A stretch of DNA of 64,000 nucleotides from Silvibacterium sp. (GTDB lineage Bacteria; Acidobacteriota; Terriglobia; Terriglobales; Acidobacteriaceae): positions 7,890 to 71,889 of the forward strand of contig JBAVYX010000511.1 in NCBI GenBank assembly GCA_049588475.1, read 5' to 3'. Below the pieces are notes generated by a model. It was not told where the DNA came from. It ran no database searches and saw only the letters and a list, made by a program, of their open reading frames with translations. A program made the translations under genes and the position numbers. Below, piece after piece: positions 38,346-46,815 of the stretch. The stretch's first letter is position 1. The number at the start of each line of letters is the position of its first letter.

Positions 38346-38981
38346 ATGAAGTTATTTCTGGTGGGTTTGATCCTGGGGCTGTTGACCATTCCCCTTATCG
38401 TCTTCATCCATTTCCGCTTCGGCCGTCCACCGGTTGCCGTCGCCGACCAACCCTATCCGCTGGAGGGGGATTTGGTCCATGTGCCGCTCCACGCGCGCAT
38501 TGACGGGGAAATGCCCAAAAGCTCACCCATCGAAGCGAGCGCAACAAATCTCGAGTCGGGAGCGCACATCTACCGCCAGCAATGCGCCGCTTGCCACGGC
38601 CTTTACGGCCGCCCTTCCACATTTGCCGTGCATATGTACCCCTCCGCGCCCCAACTCTGGGCACCGCATGAGAATGGAATCGTCGGTGTGAGCGACGATC
38701 CCCCGGGTGAGACCTATTGGAAAGTGGCCAACGGCATCCGGCTGAGTGGTATGCCCGCCTTCGACAAGATCCTCAACCAGACTCAGATATGGCAGGTGAC
38801 CCTGTTGCTGGCTAACGCCGACAAGCCCTTGCCCGCGGGCACCCTGGAGCTGCTCAAACAGCCCCTCGATCTGGACCCCGCTGCTCTCGCGGCCCCTCAG
38901 CCGTCGACTGCTCCCGCGCAGAAGATCACCGATCAGGAGATGAAATCGATGCCGTCGGCCATTCCACCAGACTCGAAATGA
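38346..38981 (+). CDS. Membrane-anchored monohaem c-type cytochrome
   Basis: MKLFLVGLILGLLTIPLIVFI is an N-terminal anchor. There is a single CAACHG haem-binding motif with a downstream Met (LSGMPAF) and a Pro/Ala-rich tail. Confidence 0.75.
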   Translation: MKLFLVGLILGLLTIPLIVFIHFRFGRPPVAVADQPYPLEGDLVHVPLHARIDGEMPKSSPIEASATNLESGAHIYRQQCAACHGLYGRPSTFAVHMYPSAPQLWAPHENGIVGVSDDPPGETYWKVANGIRLSGMPAFDKILNQTQIWQVTLLLANADKPLPAGTLELLKQPLDLDPAALAAPQPSTAPAQKITDQEMKSMPSAIPPDSK

Positions 38982-39009
38982 GGGTCTGGCGGAGGCTGGC
39001 TCGTAGCTT

Positions 39010-40239
39010 TCAATACTTCGACTTGATCGCATACGTCGCGCCAACTATGAACTGGAACGAATTACGCTTGGTTGGCGGCACGGCCGGCGGTGGGTTGTTC
39101 AGGTAGCTGTTCAGCGTTCCAACGGAGAAGCCCAGGTTCTTGTAGGCGGGAAGAACCAGCGAGTTGGACTCGGTTATCGAGTACGCGCGAGGGACGTTCC
39201 ACGACGGAAGGTAGGCAGCCTGCTGATTGAAGACCATGCCGCGCGGCAGCTTGAGCAAATACGTGAGTCCGAAGGTCGAGCCGATCAGGTCCTCGTTCGT
39301 TCCAGGCGCCGCGTTGAGGAAGTTTTGCCTTACATACTGGAGAGTAGCTATCAAATCCAATTGTTGTTTGGGCTTCTTAATGGCCGTCCAACCAATTCCC
39401 CCGCCATAGAGTTGCTGTAAGTCCAACCCCTGGCTGAAGTTGTGGTCGAAGCCTGCCTGCGCCAGCGCATACCACCTGGGCGAGAAAAACCAATCGCGTT
39501 CGGCGCCCGCGTGGTAGAGCGCGGTCTTGATATTGGTAGCTGGAAAAAACATCCCGTCGGACACGTATGCCTTCTCCGTGATCTTGCCATATGATCCCGT
39601 GAAATCAATGCTAGTCCGGTTCCGCGGGTTCAGCCACGACGCGGTTGGCACCACCCGCACCAGGGCAACGGTTCCATTGAAGGTCTCCTGGTTCTGTGTG
39701 GCCTTGACAATCGTGGCGCCTCCCGTCGCCGCGCCATTCCAGCCGCCAAAGAAGCCGGGCTCTCCAATTAGCTGTTTCTGCATGGTCGTCTCGTCGATGA
39801 TGAACTCCGCGTCCTTGACCGGAATCGGCGGAATCGTCGCGTTGTTGTTCGGGTGCACGGTAATCATGTCACCCGTCTCAGTGATGGTGCCCTCAGGCAC
39901 ATTTGGCGGAATGTGTTTCTTACTCGAAATAATGCTCTTGTTGAGCACGGCGAGCTTTGTCTGCGTGCGCAGCTCTTTGATCTTATCCCAGTCAATATTG
40001 ATGTCTCCTACAATGTCGCTGTGGAAGGTGACTGTCCCTCCAATTTCGCGCACAAACGTGCCCGAAAGCTGATCGCCATTCGTGAAGACGATGACATCAG
40101 GAGGGGCTTTGGCAGCATCTGCCCCCGCAGACGGCTCCGCGGCATGGCAGACGTCTCCCGCCGCAAACGCAAATAGCCCGAACAGAAAAAGAGTGAAGAC
40201 GATAGAGCAGTGGGGGGTCGCATTTCTGTGCAATGACAT
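39010..40239 (-). CDS. Outer-membrane protein, DUF481 (YdiY-like) beta-barrel with N-terminal extra domain
   Basis: The signal peptide ends ...FAFAAGDVCHA. The C-terminal two thirds show beta-barrel alternation with motifs reminiscent of DUF481 (...FDHNFSQGLDLQQLYGGGIGW...) and end ...GATYAIKSKY. Confidence 0.55.
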   Translation of the reverse strand: MSLHRNATPHCSIVFTLFLFGLFAFAAGDVCHAAEPSAGADAAKAPPDVIVFTNGDQLSGTFVREIGGTVTFHSDIVGDINIDWDKIKELRTQTKLAVLNKSIISSKKHIPPNVPEGTITETGDMITVHPNNNATIPPIPVKDAEFIIDETTMQKQLIGEPGFFGGWNGAATGGATIVKATQNQETFNGTVALVRVVPTASWLNPRNRTSIDFTGSYGKITEKAYVSDGMFFPATNIKTALYHAGAERDWFFSPRWYALAQAGFDHNFSQGLDLQQLYGGGIGWTAIKKPKQQLDLIATLQYVRQNFLNAAPGTNEDLIGSTFGLTYLLKLPRGMVFNQQAAYLPSWNVPRAYSITESNSLVLPAYKNLGFSVGTLNSYLNNPPPAVPPTKRNSFQFIVGATYAIKSKY

Positions 40240-40523
40240 AAAAATCGCTCCCTGGAATTGGGTTCGTTGAACAGGATTGCCCTACTTGTCGAAGCTCAGA
40301 CCGACTGCGCGGCTCGCCTTTTCAGAGCCACGCCTAATGTTACAGCTATCCGTCTTCCGGAGATTTGCATCTCGGAAGCAATCAGCCTCGTTACTGCGTT
40401 TTGAACGACAGGGGTTCGGAGAAATCTCGGTGACATGAATACGCGAGTCTCAGTTTATTATCTGCATCGATAAAAGCAGCTTCATTGAAACCTGGATGGA
40501 ATTTCTTCTAAGATTGATTAACG

Positions 40524-41570
40524 ATGTCAATCACCCGCCAGCAGGCTTTGGACCACTTCCACTCCGACGACCTCATCGGACTCGGCATGGAAGCCGACGC
40601 CGTCCGCCGGGAGCTGCATCCCGAAGGCGTAGTGACCTACATCATCGACCGCAACATCAACTACACCAACTTCTGCACCGAGTACTGCACCTTCTGCGCC
40701 TTCTACCGCCCGCTCAAGGGCAAGCTCGCCAGCGAAGGGTACATCCTCGACTTCGAGACCATCTACGCAAAAATCGCCGAAACCGTCGAGATGGGCGGCA
40801 CCGGCGTGCTCATGCAGGGCGGCCTGCACCCCGATCTCAAAATCGAGTGGTTTGAGCGACTGCTCAAGGGCATCAAGCAGCGCTTTCCGCAAATCTGGCT
40901 GCACTGCTTCTCTGCGTCAGAAATTCTGGCCATCGCCGAGTACAGCAACCTCTCCGTGCGCGACACGATCGCCCGCCTGCGCGACGCCGGTCTCGACTCC
41001 ATCCCGGGTGGCGGGGCAGAAATCCTCGACGACGAAGTCCGCCATCGCATCGCCCGCCTCAAGTGCGGAACCGAAGACTGGCTCCTCGTACACCGCACTG
41101 CCCACCAGCTCGGCATGCGCACCACCGCCACAATGATGTTCGGCGTTGGCGAAACCTACGAGCACCGTGTCAACCACTTCGAGCAGGTGCGCCGCCTCCA
41201 GGAAGAGACCGGCGGATTCACCGCCTTCATCCCCTGGAGCTTCCAGCCTCACAACACCGCACTAGGGGGACGCGGCTGGGACGAGGCCACCTCGGTCGAA
41301 TACCTCAAGGTCCTCGCCATCTCCCGCCTCTATCTCGACAACATTCAAAATGTGCAGTCGAGCTGGGTAACCCAAGGGCTCAAAGTCCTGCAACTTGGCC
41401 TGCGCTTCGGCGGAAACGACGTTGGCTCTGTGATGCTCGAAGAAAACGTCGTCAAGGCCGCCGGCACCTCCAACCACACTACCGAGGAAGAACTTCGCCG
41501 CATCATCCGCGATGCCGGCTTCAAGCCCGTCCAGCGCGATACGCTTTATCGGACGATGTTTTTGAACTAG
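40524..41570 (+). CDS. mqnC: Radical SAM menaquinone (futalosine pathway) enzyme, most likely cyclic dehypoxanthinyl futalosine synthase
   Basis: NINYTNFCTEYCTFCAFYR carries the CxxxCxxC cluster in an MqnC/MqnE/CofH-like context. At 348 aa the length fits MqnC better than MqnE. MqnC cannot be separated from MqnE by eye with certainty. Confidence 0.6.
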   Translation: MSITRQQALDHFHSDDLIGLGMEADAVRRELHPEGVVTYIIDRNINYTNFCTEYCTFCAFYRPLKGKLASEGYILDFETIYAKIAETVEMGGTGVLMQGGLHPDLKIEWFERLLKGIKQRFPQIWLHCFSASEILAIAEYSNLSVRDTIARLRDAGLDSIPGGGAEILDDEVRHRIARLKCGTEDWLLVHRTAHQLGMRTTATMMFGVGETYEHRVNHFEQVRRLQEETGGFTAFIPWSFQPHNTALGGRGWDEATSVEYLKVLAISRLYLDNIQNVQSSWVTQGLKVLQLGLRFGGNDVGSVMLEENVVKAAGTSNHTTEEELRRIIRDAGFKPVQRDTLYRTMFLN

Positions 41571-41727
41571 ATGGTTCTACGAAACGCCTCGACACAGATT
41601 TCTGCGCGCTCAGCCCGATTAGGGGCCTCTCCCGTACAATATTCCTTGACCCTAACCGGGAGGCTCGTCCCTGCTCGAACACCTCGCATCTTCTTTCGCG
41701 ACTCGCTGCATAATCGCCGCGCAGGCC

Positions 41728-43335
41728 ATGGCTTTCTTTCAGCCCAAGAACGATCTCCGCCACTACCTCCGCTACCATTACGGCGACCACACTTTCGAAC
41801 ACCTCTACCGTTGGAACTGGTTCGACACCTCGTTGCTCATCCCGTACTTCATCGTGATGATCATCCTGGCCTTCTACGGCATACACCGCTATCAGCTCGT
41901 CTACCTCTATTACAAATACCGTAGGAACGCCGCTAAAAATCCGCCCTCCTACTTCGGACAGCTTCCACGTGTCACCGTCCAACTGCCGATTTTTAACGAG
42001 CAGTTCGTCATCGACCGACTTATCGAGGCCTGCACCAACCTCGACTACCCGCGTGAGCTGCTCGATATTCAGGTTCTCGACGACTCAACCGACGAAACTA
42101 GGGAAGTTGCCGCTGCTATCTGTGAGCGTTACCGCGTCATCGGTCAGCCCATCGTCCATCTGCACCGGACCAATCGCTATGGCTTCAAGGCGGGCGCCCT
42201 CGATGAAGGCCTCAAAACCGCCCAGGGCGAATTCGTAGCCATCTTCGACGCCGACTTCGTGCCCCCCCGCGACTGGCTGATGAAGGTCATCCACCACTTT
42301 GCCCAGCCGGAAATCGGCATGGTGCAGACGCGCTGGACTCACCTCAACCGCGACTACAGCTTTCTCACCCAGGTGGAGGCGATCCTCCTCGACGGCCATT
42401 TTGTGCTCGAGCACGGTGGTCGCTCGCGCGCTGGAGTCTTCTTCAACTTCAACGGAACCGCCGGTATGTGGCGTCGCAAGGTCATCGGCGAAGCCGGCGG
42501 ATGGCAGCACGACACACTAACGGAAGACACCGACCTCAGCTACCGCGCGCAACTCAAGGGTTGGAAGTTCAAGTACCTGCAGGACGTCGAATGCCCCGCC
42601 GAGCTGCCCATCGAGATGACGGCGTTCAAAACTCAACAGGCGCGCTGGGCCAAGGGCCTTATCCAGACATCGAAGAAGATTCTGCCGCGCGTCTTCGAGA
42701 GCAATCAGCCTTGGCACACGAAGCTCGAGGCCTGGTACCACCTCACGGCCAATATCAGCTATCCCCTGATGATCGTGCTTTCCGTATTGCTCATGCCGGC
42801 CATGGTCATCCGTTTCTACCAAGGCTGGTTTCAGATGCTGCTCATCGATCTGCCTCTCTTCATGGCGTCGACATTTTCCATCTCCTCATTCTATCTCGTC
42901 TCGCAAAAGGAGCTCTACCCGCGCCGCTGGTACCGGACCTTCCTCTACCTTCCCTTCCTCATGTCGCTCGGCATCGGGCTCACGATCACCAATACGCGCG
43001 CTGTCATCGAAGCTCTCTTGGGCGTTCAGAGCTCATTCAAGCGGACACCGAAGTATCGCGTACAGAAGCGCGGCGAGAAAGCGCATGCCGCGAAGTACCG
43101 CAAGCGCCTGGGCTTCGTCCCGTGGCTCGAGCTCGCCCTGGGTTCCTATTTCGCGCTGACCATCTGGTACGCCTGGGCAAACGAGAACTACTTCACCATC
43201 CCGTTTCTGCTTCTCTTCGTCATCGGCTATTGGTATACGGGACTGCTCTCGCTCCTCCAGGGCCGCTTCGAGTACTGGCGCTCTGGCGCGAATCTTGACG
43301 AGTCCTCGCCCAAGCCGTACCCCGTGGGTGTGTAA
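41728..43335 (+). CDS. Processive family-2 glycosyltransferase (cellulose-synthase-like superfamily)
   Basis: [23 protein letters not shown] and QQARWAKG (QxxRW) motifs, with N- and C-terminal TM helices. Confidence 0.8.
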   Translation: MAFFQPKNDLRHYLRYHYGDHTFEHLYRWNWFDTSLLIPYFIVMIILAFYGIHRYQLVYLYYKYRRNAAKNPPSYFGQLPRVTVQLPIFNEQFVIDRLIEACTNLDYPRELLDIQVLDDSTDETREVAAAICERYRVIGQPIVHLHRTNRYGFKAGALDEGLKTAQGEFVAIFDADFVPPRDWLMKVIHHFAQPEIGMVQTRWTHLNRDYSFLTQVEAILLDGHFVLEHGGRSRAGVFFNFNGTAGMWRRKVIGEAGGWQHDTLTEDTDLSYRAQLKGWKFKYLQDVECPAELPIEMTAFKTQQARWAKGLIQTSKKILPRVFESNQPWHTKLEAWYHLTANISYPLMIVLSVLLMPAMVIRFYQGWFQMLLIDLPLFMASTFSISSFYLVSQKELYPRRWYRTFLYLPFLMSLGIGLTITNTRAVIEALLGVQSSFKRTPKYRVQKRGEKAHAAKYRKRLGFVPWLELALGSYFALTIWYAWANENYFTIPFLLLFVIGYWYTGLLSLLQGRFEYWRSGANLDESSPKPYPVGV

Positions 43336-43343
43336 CGGACGCA

Positions 43344-43792
43344 ATGACATATTTGCAAGTCTTGACACTCGTGATCGTTGGTATCGTCGGCTTTGCGCTT
43401 CTTTGGGTTTCAATCAGCATCGTGGCCTATCTTAGTGGCTGGTATCTACTCGCTAAACAATTCCAGGCTACCGATCTCCCTTCAGCGCCTGACAGATTCG
43501 ACTCTGGCACGCCAGCATGCGTTTCTTCACGCGCTATGACAACGTAATCTAGAACGAATCCCAGTGGACTCCATTTGCGCATGAACCTCCTCTTCCGCAT
43601 CGGCCATCCACCGCTCTTAATCCCATGGAGCGAGATCGACATTGGTGAGGAATTGCGCTTTCTCTTCTTATTCCCGTAATCCGAATCCAGCTCGGCCGCA
43701 ACGCAAGGGTTCCCTTTCGCATCTATGGCCGCAACGCTTTAGTTTTCTTGTTAGCTGGAGAACAGGCGCGTCCTACCGAGCGGGCTGGGTAA
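43344..43792 (+). pseudogene. Small membrane-protein gene readable only across three 1-nt frame changes
   Basis: Four segments in order: MTYLQVLTLVIVGIVGFALLWVSISIVAYLSGWYLLAKQFQ...DRFDS (frame 0). WHASMRFFTRYDNVI (frame -1). SRTNPSGLHLRMNLLFRIGHPPLLIPWSEIDIGEELRFLFLFP (frame 0). VIRIQLGRNARVPFRIYGRNALVFLLAGEQARPTERAG* (frame -1). Only the first 67 codons are intact. Confidence 0.4.
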
Positions 43793-44053
43793 AAGCCGCC
43801 AGATTCAGGGCGAGGCCGACGGCAAGTAGGGGGAGGGTAAACTTGCGAATCGTGGGCTACTCCTTCGTACTGTGGTGATGTACAGCGGACTGCCCAGCAC
43901 ACGCCCTGAACCTGGGGGCTTGCTACAGACCAAGAATTTTAGGTCAAAGCTTTCCGACAGTCGAGGAACGAAGGTACCTTGTACTTAGGTCACAGGCAGT
44001 ACCCCCCAGCGCCGACCTCATCCGACTCGCAACCCAAAGAGTAAACTGCCTTT

Positions 44054-45406
44054 ATGAAATCTAGGCTCCGCGCATTCGCGCTTTTCTGCGTCGTCATTTC
44101 CTCGCTCCATATCTTTGCTCTCGAGCGTCAATCCAACGCCGAATATCACGCTCGTCGGGTCCATCTGGCTGAAAAGCTTAACGGTGGAGTCGCCGTCCTC
44201 TTTGCCGCCGAGCAACCGCAGCTCGACTTCATGCCCTACCGTCAGGACTCCGATTTCTTCTACCTCACCGGCTGGAACGAGCCTGGAGCAGCGCTGCTCG
44301 TTCAGGCGGCGACGCCGGCAGACGGTTCTCAGCCCTCCCGCCCCTATCGCGAAGTCCTTTTCCTGCCCACACGTAATTTACGTATCGAGCGATACACAGG
44401 CGTAAAGCTCGACGCCAACACTCCTGGCGCGCCCCAATTAGCCGGTGTCGACGAAGTAAAGGAGTTGACCGAGCTGCCCTCCATCCTGAACGATCTCGCC
44501 ACGCAAGATCGCCATGTCATGCAGTCTTTATGGAGCGAGCCCGATACCGTCCGGGCGAAATCTCTCGTCACGTGGACCGCTGCCACCCTCGGTCTCGACC
44601 AGCCACCCGCATTCACTAATGTGCGTGATCTCACCGGCCAGCTCCGCGCCATCAAGGACCAGGGCGAACTGGTTCTTCTCCACAAAGCCAGCGACGCTTC
44701 TATCCAAGCACAACGGGCCATGATGCGCGCCGTGCGGCCCGGCGTAACCGAGCGTGCCATCGCCGGAACCATCATCCAGGTATTGATGGCGAACGGGTGC
44801 GAGCGACCCTCCTACGCCCCCATTGTCGGGTCCGGAAAGAACTCCACCGTCCTGCATTACGCGAACAACAGCGAAACCATGCAAGACGGCGATGTCGTCG
44901 TTGTCGATGCCGCCGGGGAGTTTTCCATGTACGCCTCTGACATCACGCGCACTATGCCCGTGAATGGCCATTTCACCCCCCGCCAGCGTGAGATCTATGA
45001 CATTGTGAAGGGCGCGCAGAAAGCTGCGATGGACGCATTTGTGGGCGGCACTTCATTCATCAACGACCCGGCACATCGGCATACGGATTCGCTCGACACT
45101 ATCGCCTGGAACTACATGAACGCCCACGGCAAGGATCTGCATGGCGAGCCGCTCGGCAAATACTTCATCCACGGCATTGGCCACTCCGTAGGCATCGACG
45201 TGCACGATCCCTGGGACTATTCGAAGCCCATCCAGCCCGGCATGGTCTTCACCATCGAGCCAGGAATCTACATTCCCGAAGAAAAGATCGGCGTGCGGAT
45301 CGAAGACGTCTTCTACGCGAACCCCAACGGCAAGCTGGAGTGTCTGACCTGCGCGCTGCCCAAGGATGCCGATGAGGTCGAGAAGATCATGAAGGAAGCG
45401 AAATAG
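44054..45406 (+). CDS. Xaa-Pro aminopeptidase (M24B family), secreted/periplasmic
   Basis: N-terminal signal-like MKSRLRAFALFCVVISSLHIFA. Metal-ligand context VVVVDAAGEFSMYASDITRT, HGIGHSVGIDVHD, and FTIEPGIY...GVRIEDV. Confidence 0.85.
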   Translation: MKSRLRAFALFCVVISSLHIFALERQSNAEYHARRVHLAEKLNGGVAVLFAAEQPQLDFMPYRQDSDFFYLTGWNEPGAALLVQAATPADGSQPSRPYREVLFLPTRNLRIERYTGVKLDANTPGAPQLAGVDEVKELTELPSILNDLATQDRHVMQSLWSEPDTVRAKSLVTWTAATLGLDQPPAFTNVRDLTGQLRAIKDQGELVLLHKASDASIQAQRAMMRAVRPGVTERAIAGTIIQVLMANGCERPSYAPIVGSGKNSTVLHYANNSETMQDGDVVVVDAAGEFSMYASDITRTMPVNGHFTPRQREIYDIVKGAQKAAMDAFVGGTSFINDPAHRHTDSLDTIAWNYMNAHGKDLHGEPLGKYFIHGIGHSVGIDVHDPWDYSKPIQPGMVFTIEPGIYIPEEKIGVRIEDVFYANPNGKLECLTCALPKDADEVEKIMKEAK

Positions 45407-45444
45407 TCCGCTGACGAGGCCACGCTTTCAGAGCAATCGGAGCA

Positions 45445-45677
45445 ATGCTAATTTTGGGTCTTATTGCCCGGCTTGAAAAACGTGGCTTGATTGCTCGCGC
45501 ACGCCGGCCAGGCGACCAGCGCGCAATGTATATATCGAGCCCACTGCAACAGGCCGCAGGCTCATAGCCAGGCTGCTCGCCGATCAGGTAGAGGCTTGCC
45601 GTGCAATGCTGTCGCCGCTCAACCCCGCGGAACGGGAGGAATTGATTCGCCTTTCTGCGCTAATGGCGCAAGGGTAG
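45445..45677 (+). pseudogene. MarR-family regulator remnant (C-terminal half, frameshifted)
   Basis: LIARLEKRGLIARARRPGDQRA (wing), then a -1 shift in the TATATA run (about 45529-45535), then IEPTATGRRLIARLLADQVEACRAMLSPLNPAEREELIRLSALMAQG*. The N-terminal half of a MarR protein is missing. The fragment begins within about 40 nt of the aminopeptidase stop. Confidence 0.45.
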
Positions 45678-45696
45678 TTGTCGCTAATGAAAGGGT

Positions 45697-45723
45697 GGCA
45701 GCACGGCTGATTTCCGTGCTGCC
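45697..45723 (-). terminator. Perfect 10-bp stem hairpin downstream of the minus-strand OMP gene
   Basis: GGCAGCACGG (45697-45706) pairs with CCGTGCTGCC (45714-45723). On the minus strand it is followed by ACCCTTTCATT, a weak T tract. Confidence 0.4.
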
Positions 45724-45751
45724 GCCCGACGGAGCGCAATGGCGTCCGAAA

Positions 45752-46648
45752 CTAGAAACGAATCCCGAAGGTCACCGGAATCAGGCTTGAGGTACCCGAG
45801 CCGTAGGGATTCTGGTTACTTGCGACGGGTGAATCCACCCAGAGATACCGGGCTTCGGCAAACAGCTTTGCGTTGCTGTCTTCGCCGAGGGCCTTCCAGT
45901 AAAAGCCAGCGCCGATATTGAGCCCGCCCTGGTTACTCGAAGAGTGAGCGATGGTCGTTGGGACATAACCCACATAGCAGTAGAAGGAGCAACTGATCGA
46001 CAACACCGGCACGGTGAAGTTCGTCACCTTACGATAGAAGCCACCACCGCCCGTCACATAGGCTCCTGTCTTCTTGGTAACAGGAAGATAGAAGATGGGG
46101 TTGATGGTGAAGGACCACGTATTTACATTGCCGCCAAACGGCACCGACGAACCGCTGTCGATGGCCAACTGTGTGAGCGTAGATCCCGGGATTTTATTGC
46201 GGTTGAACTGGTACTCGACCAGTGCACCAAAATGCTTGGTGAAGTTCCATCCAGCGCCGGCCTTCAAGTTGTATCCCCAGGTCTCCCAGCCGTGCGCGGT
46301 ATTGCCCACGGGAGCTGTGAATCCGGCTCCCGCTATGAGCGCCAGATGACTCCAACGGCCCGAAGGCTCCGGATATCGATTGTTATTGCTTGACCGGCCA
46401 TACTGTGGCGATGGGCCCGGCGATTCAGCAAGGTCGTTTCCTCTAATGTCGTCTGTGCTTAAATACGACTTCCAATCCAGAGAGCTTGAATCATTTGCCG
46501 AGCTTGAATATTGATGACCGCTGTCTTCGGATGGGCTGTCACTGGCTTGCGCTTTCGCTGAATAAGGAACGGTGGCCAGTGCTACGACTGAAGCGGCAAC
46601 GGCGATGCGGCGCACCAGTGACCGCAAAAAATTGCAGTTCTCAAACAT
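45752..46648 (-). CDS. Outer-membrane beta-barrel protein (porin/OmpA-barrel-like)
   Basis: Signal peptide ...AVAASVVALATVPYSAKAQ, a Ser-rich linker, alternating strands, and the C-terminal ...IPVTFGIRF (terminal Phe). Confidence 0.6.
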   Translation of the reverse strand: MFENCNFLRSLVRRIAVAASVVALATVPYSAKAQASDSPSEDSGHQYSSSANDSSSLDWKSYLSTDDIRGNDLAESPGPSPQYGRSSNNNRYPEPSGRWSHLALIAGAGFTAPVGNTAHGWETWGYNLKAGAGWNFTKHFGALVEYQFNRNKIPGSTLTQLAIDSGSSVPFGGNVNTWSFTINPIFYLPVTKKTGAYVTGGGGFYRKVTNFTVPVLSISCSFYCYVGYVPTTIAHSSSNQGGLNIGAGFYWKALGEDSNAKLFAEARYLWVDSPVASNQNPYGSGTSSLIPVTFGIRF

Positions 46649-46767
46649 GGGGACACTCCTCGAGAAAACAAATGAATATGAGAGCCTCTCGTGGGGTGCT
46701 CCCCTTACTTGCTACAACACGATTTAGACGATATAGACTCGCGGTGTGTTGTCTTTTCCATAAACAG

Positions 46768-46794
46768 TAAAGGCCGGGACAGATCCCGGCCTTT
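46768..46794 (-). terminator. Hairpin terminator downstream of rne
   Basis: AGGCCGGGA (46771-79) pairs with TCCCGGCCT (46784-92), flanked by AAA/TTT. It lies about 20 nt beyond the rne stop. Confidence 0.5.
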
Positions 46795-46815
46795 GCCTAC
46801 TGTCAACAATCCCTC

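Noticed and set aside
43793-43880. Minus-strand mini-ORF after GAAGGAG encoding a hydrophobic peptide (IRKFTLPLLAVGLALNLAAFTQPAR)
   Set aside because: It would need an ACG or ATT start codon, and there is no supporting evidence.
45491-45790. 99-aa plus-strand ORF from the track
   Set aside because: It is in a different frame from the MarR-like remnant, its product is Ala/Arg/Gln/Pro-rich with no recognisable motif, and it runs into the convergent OMP gene.
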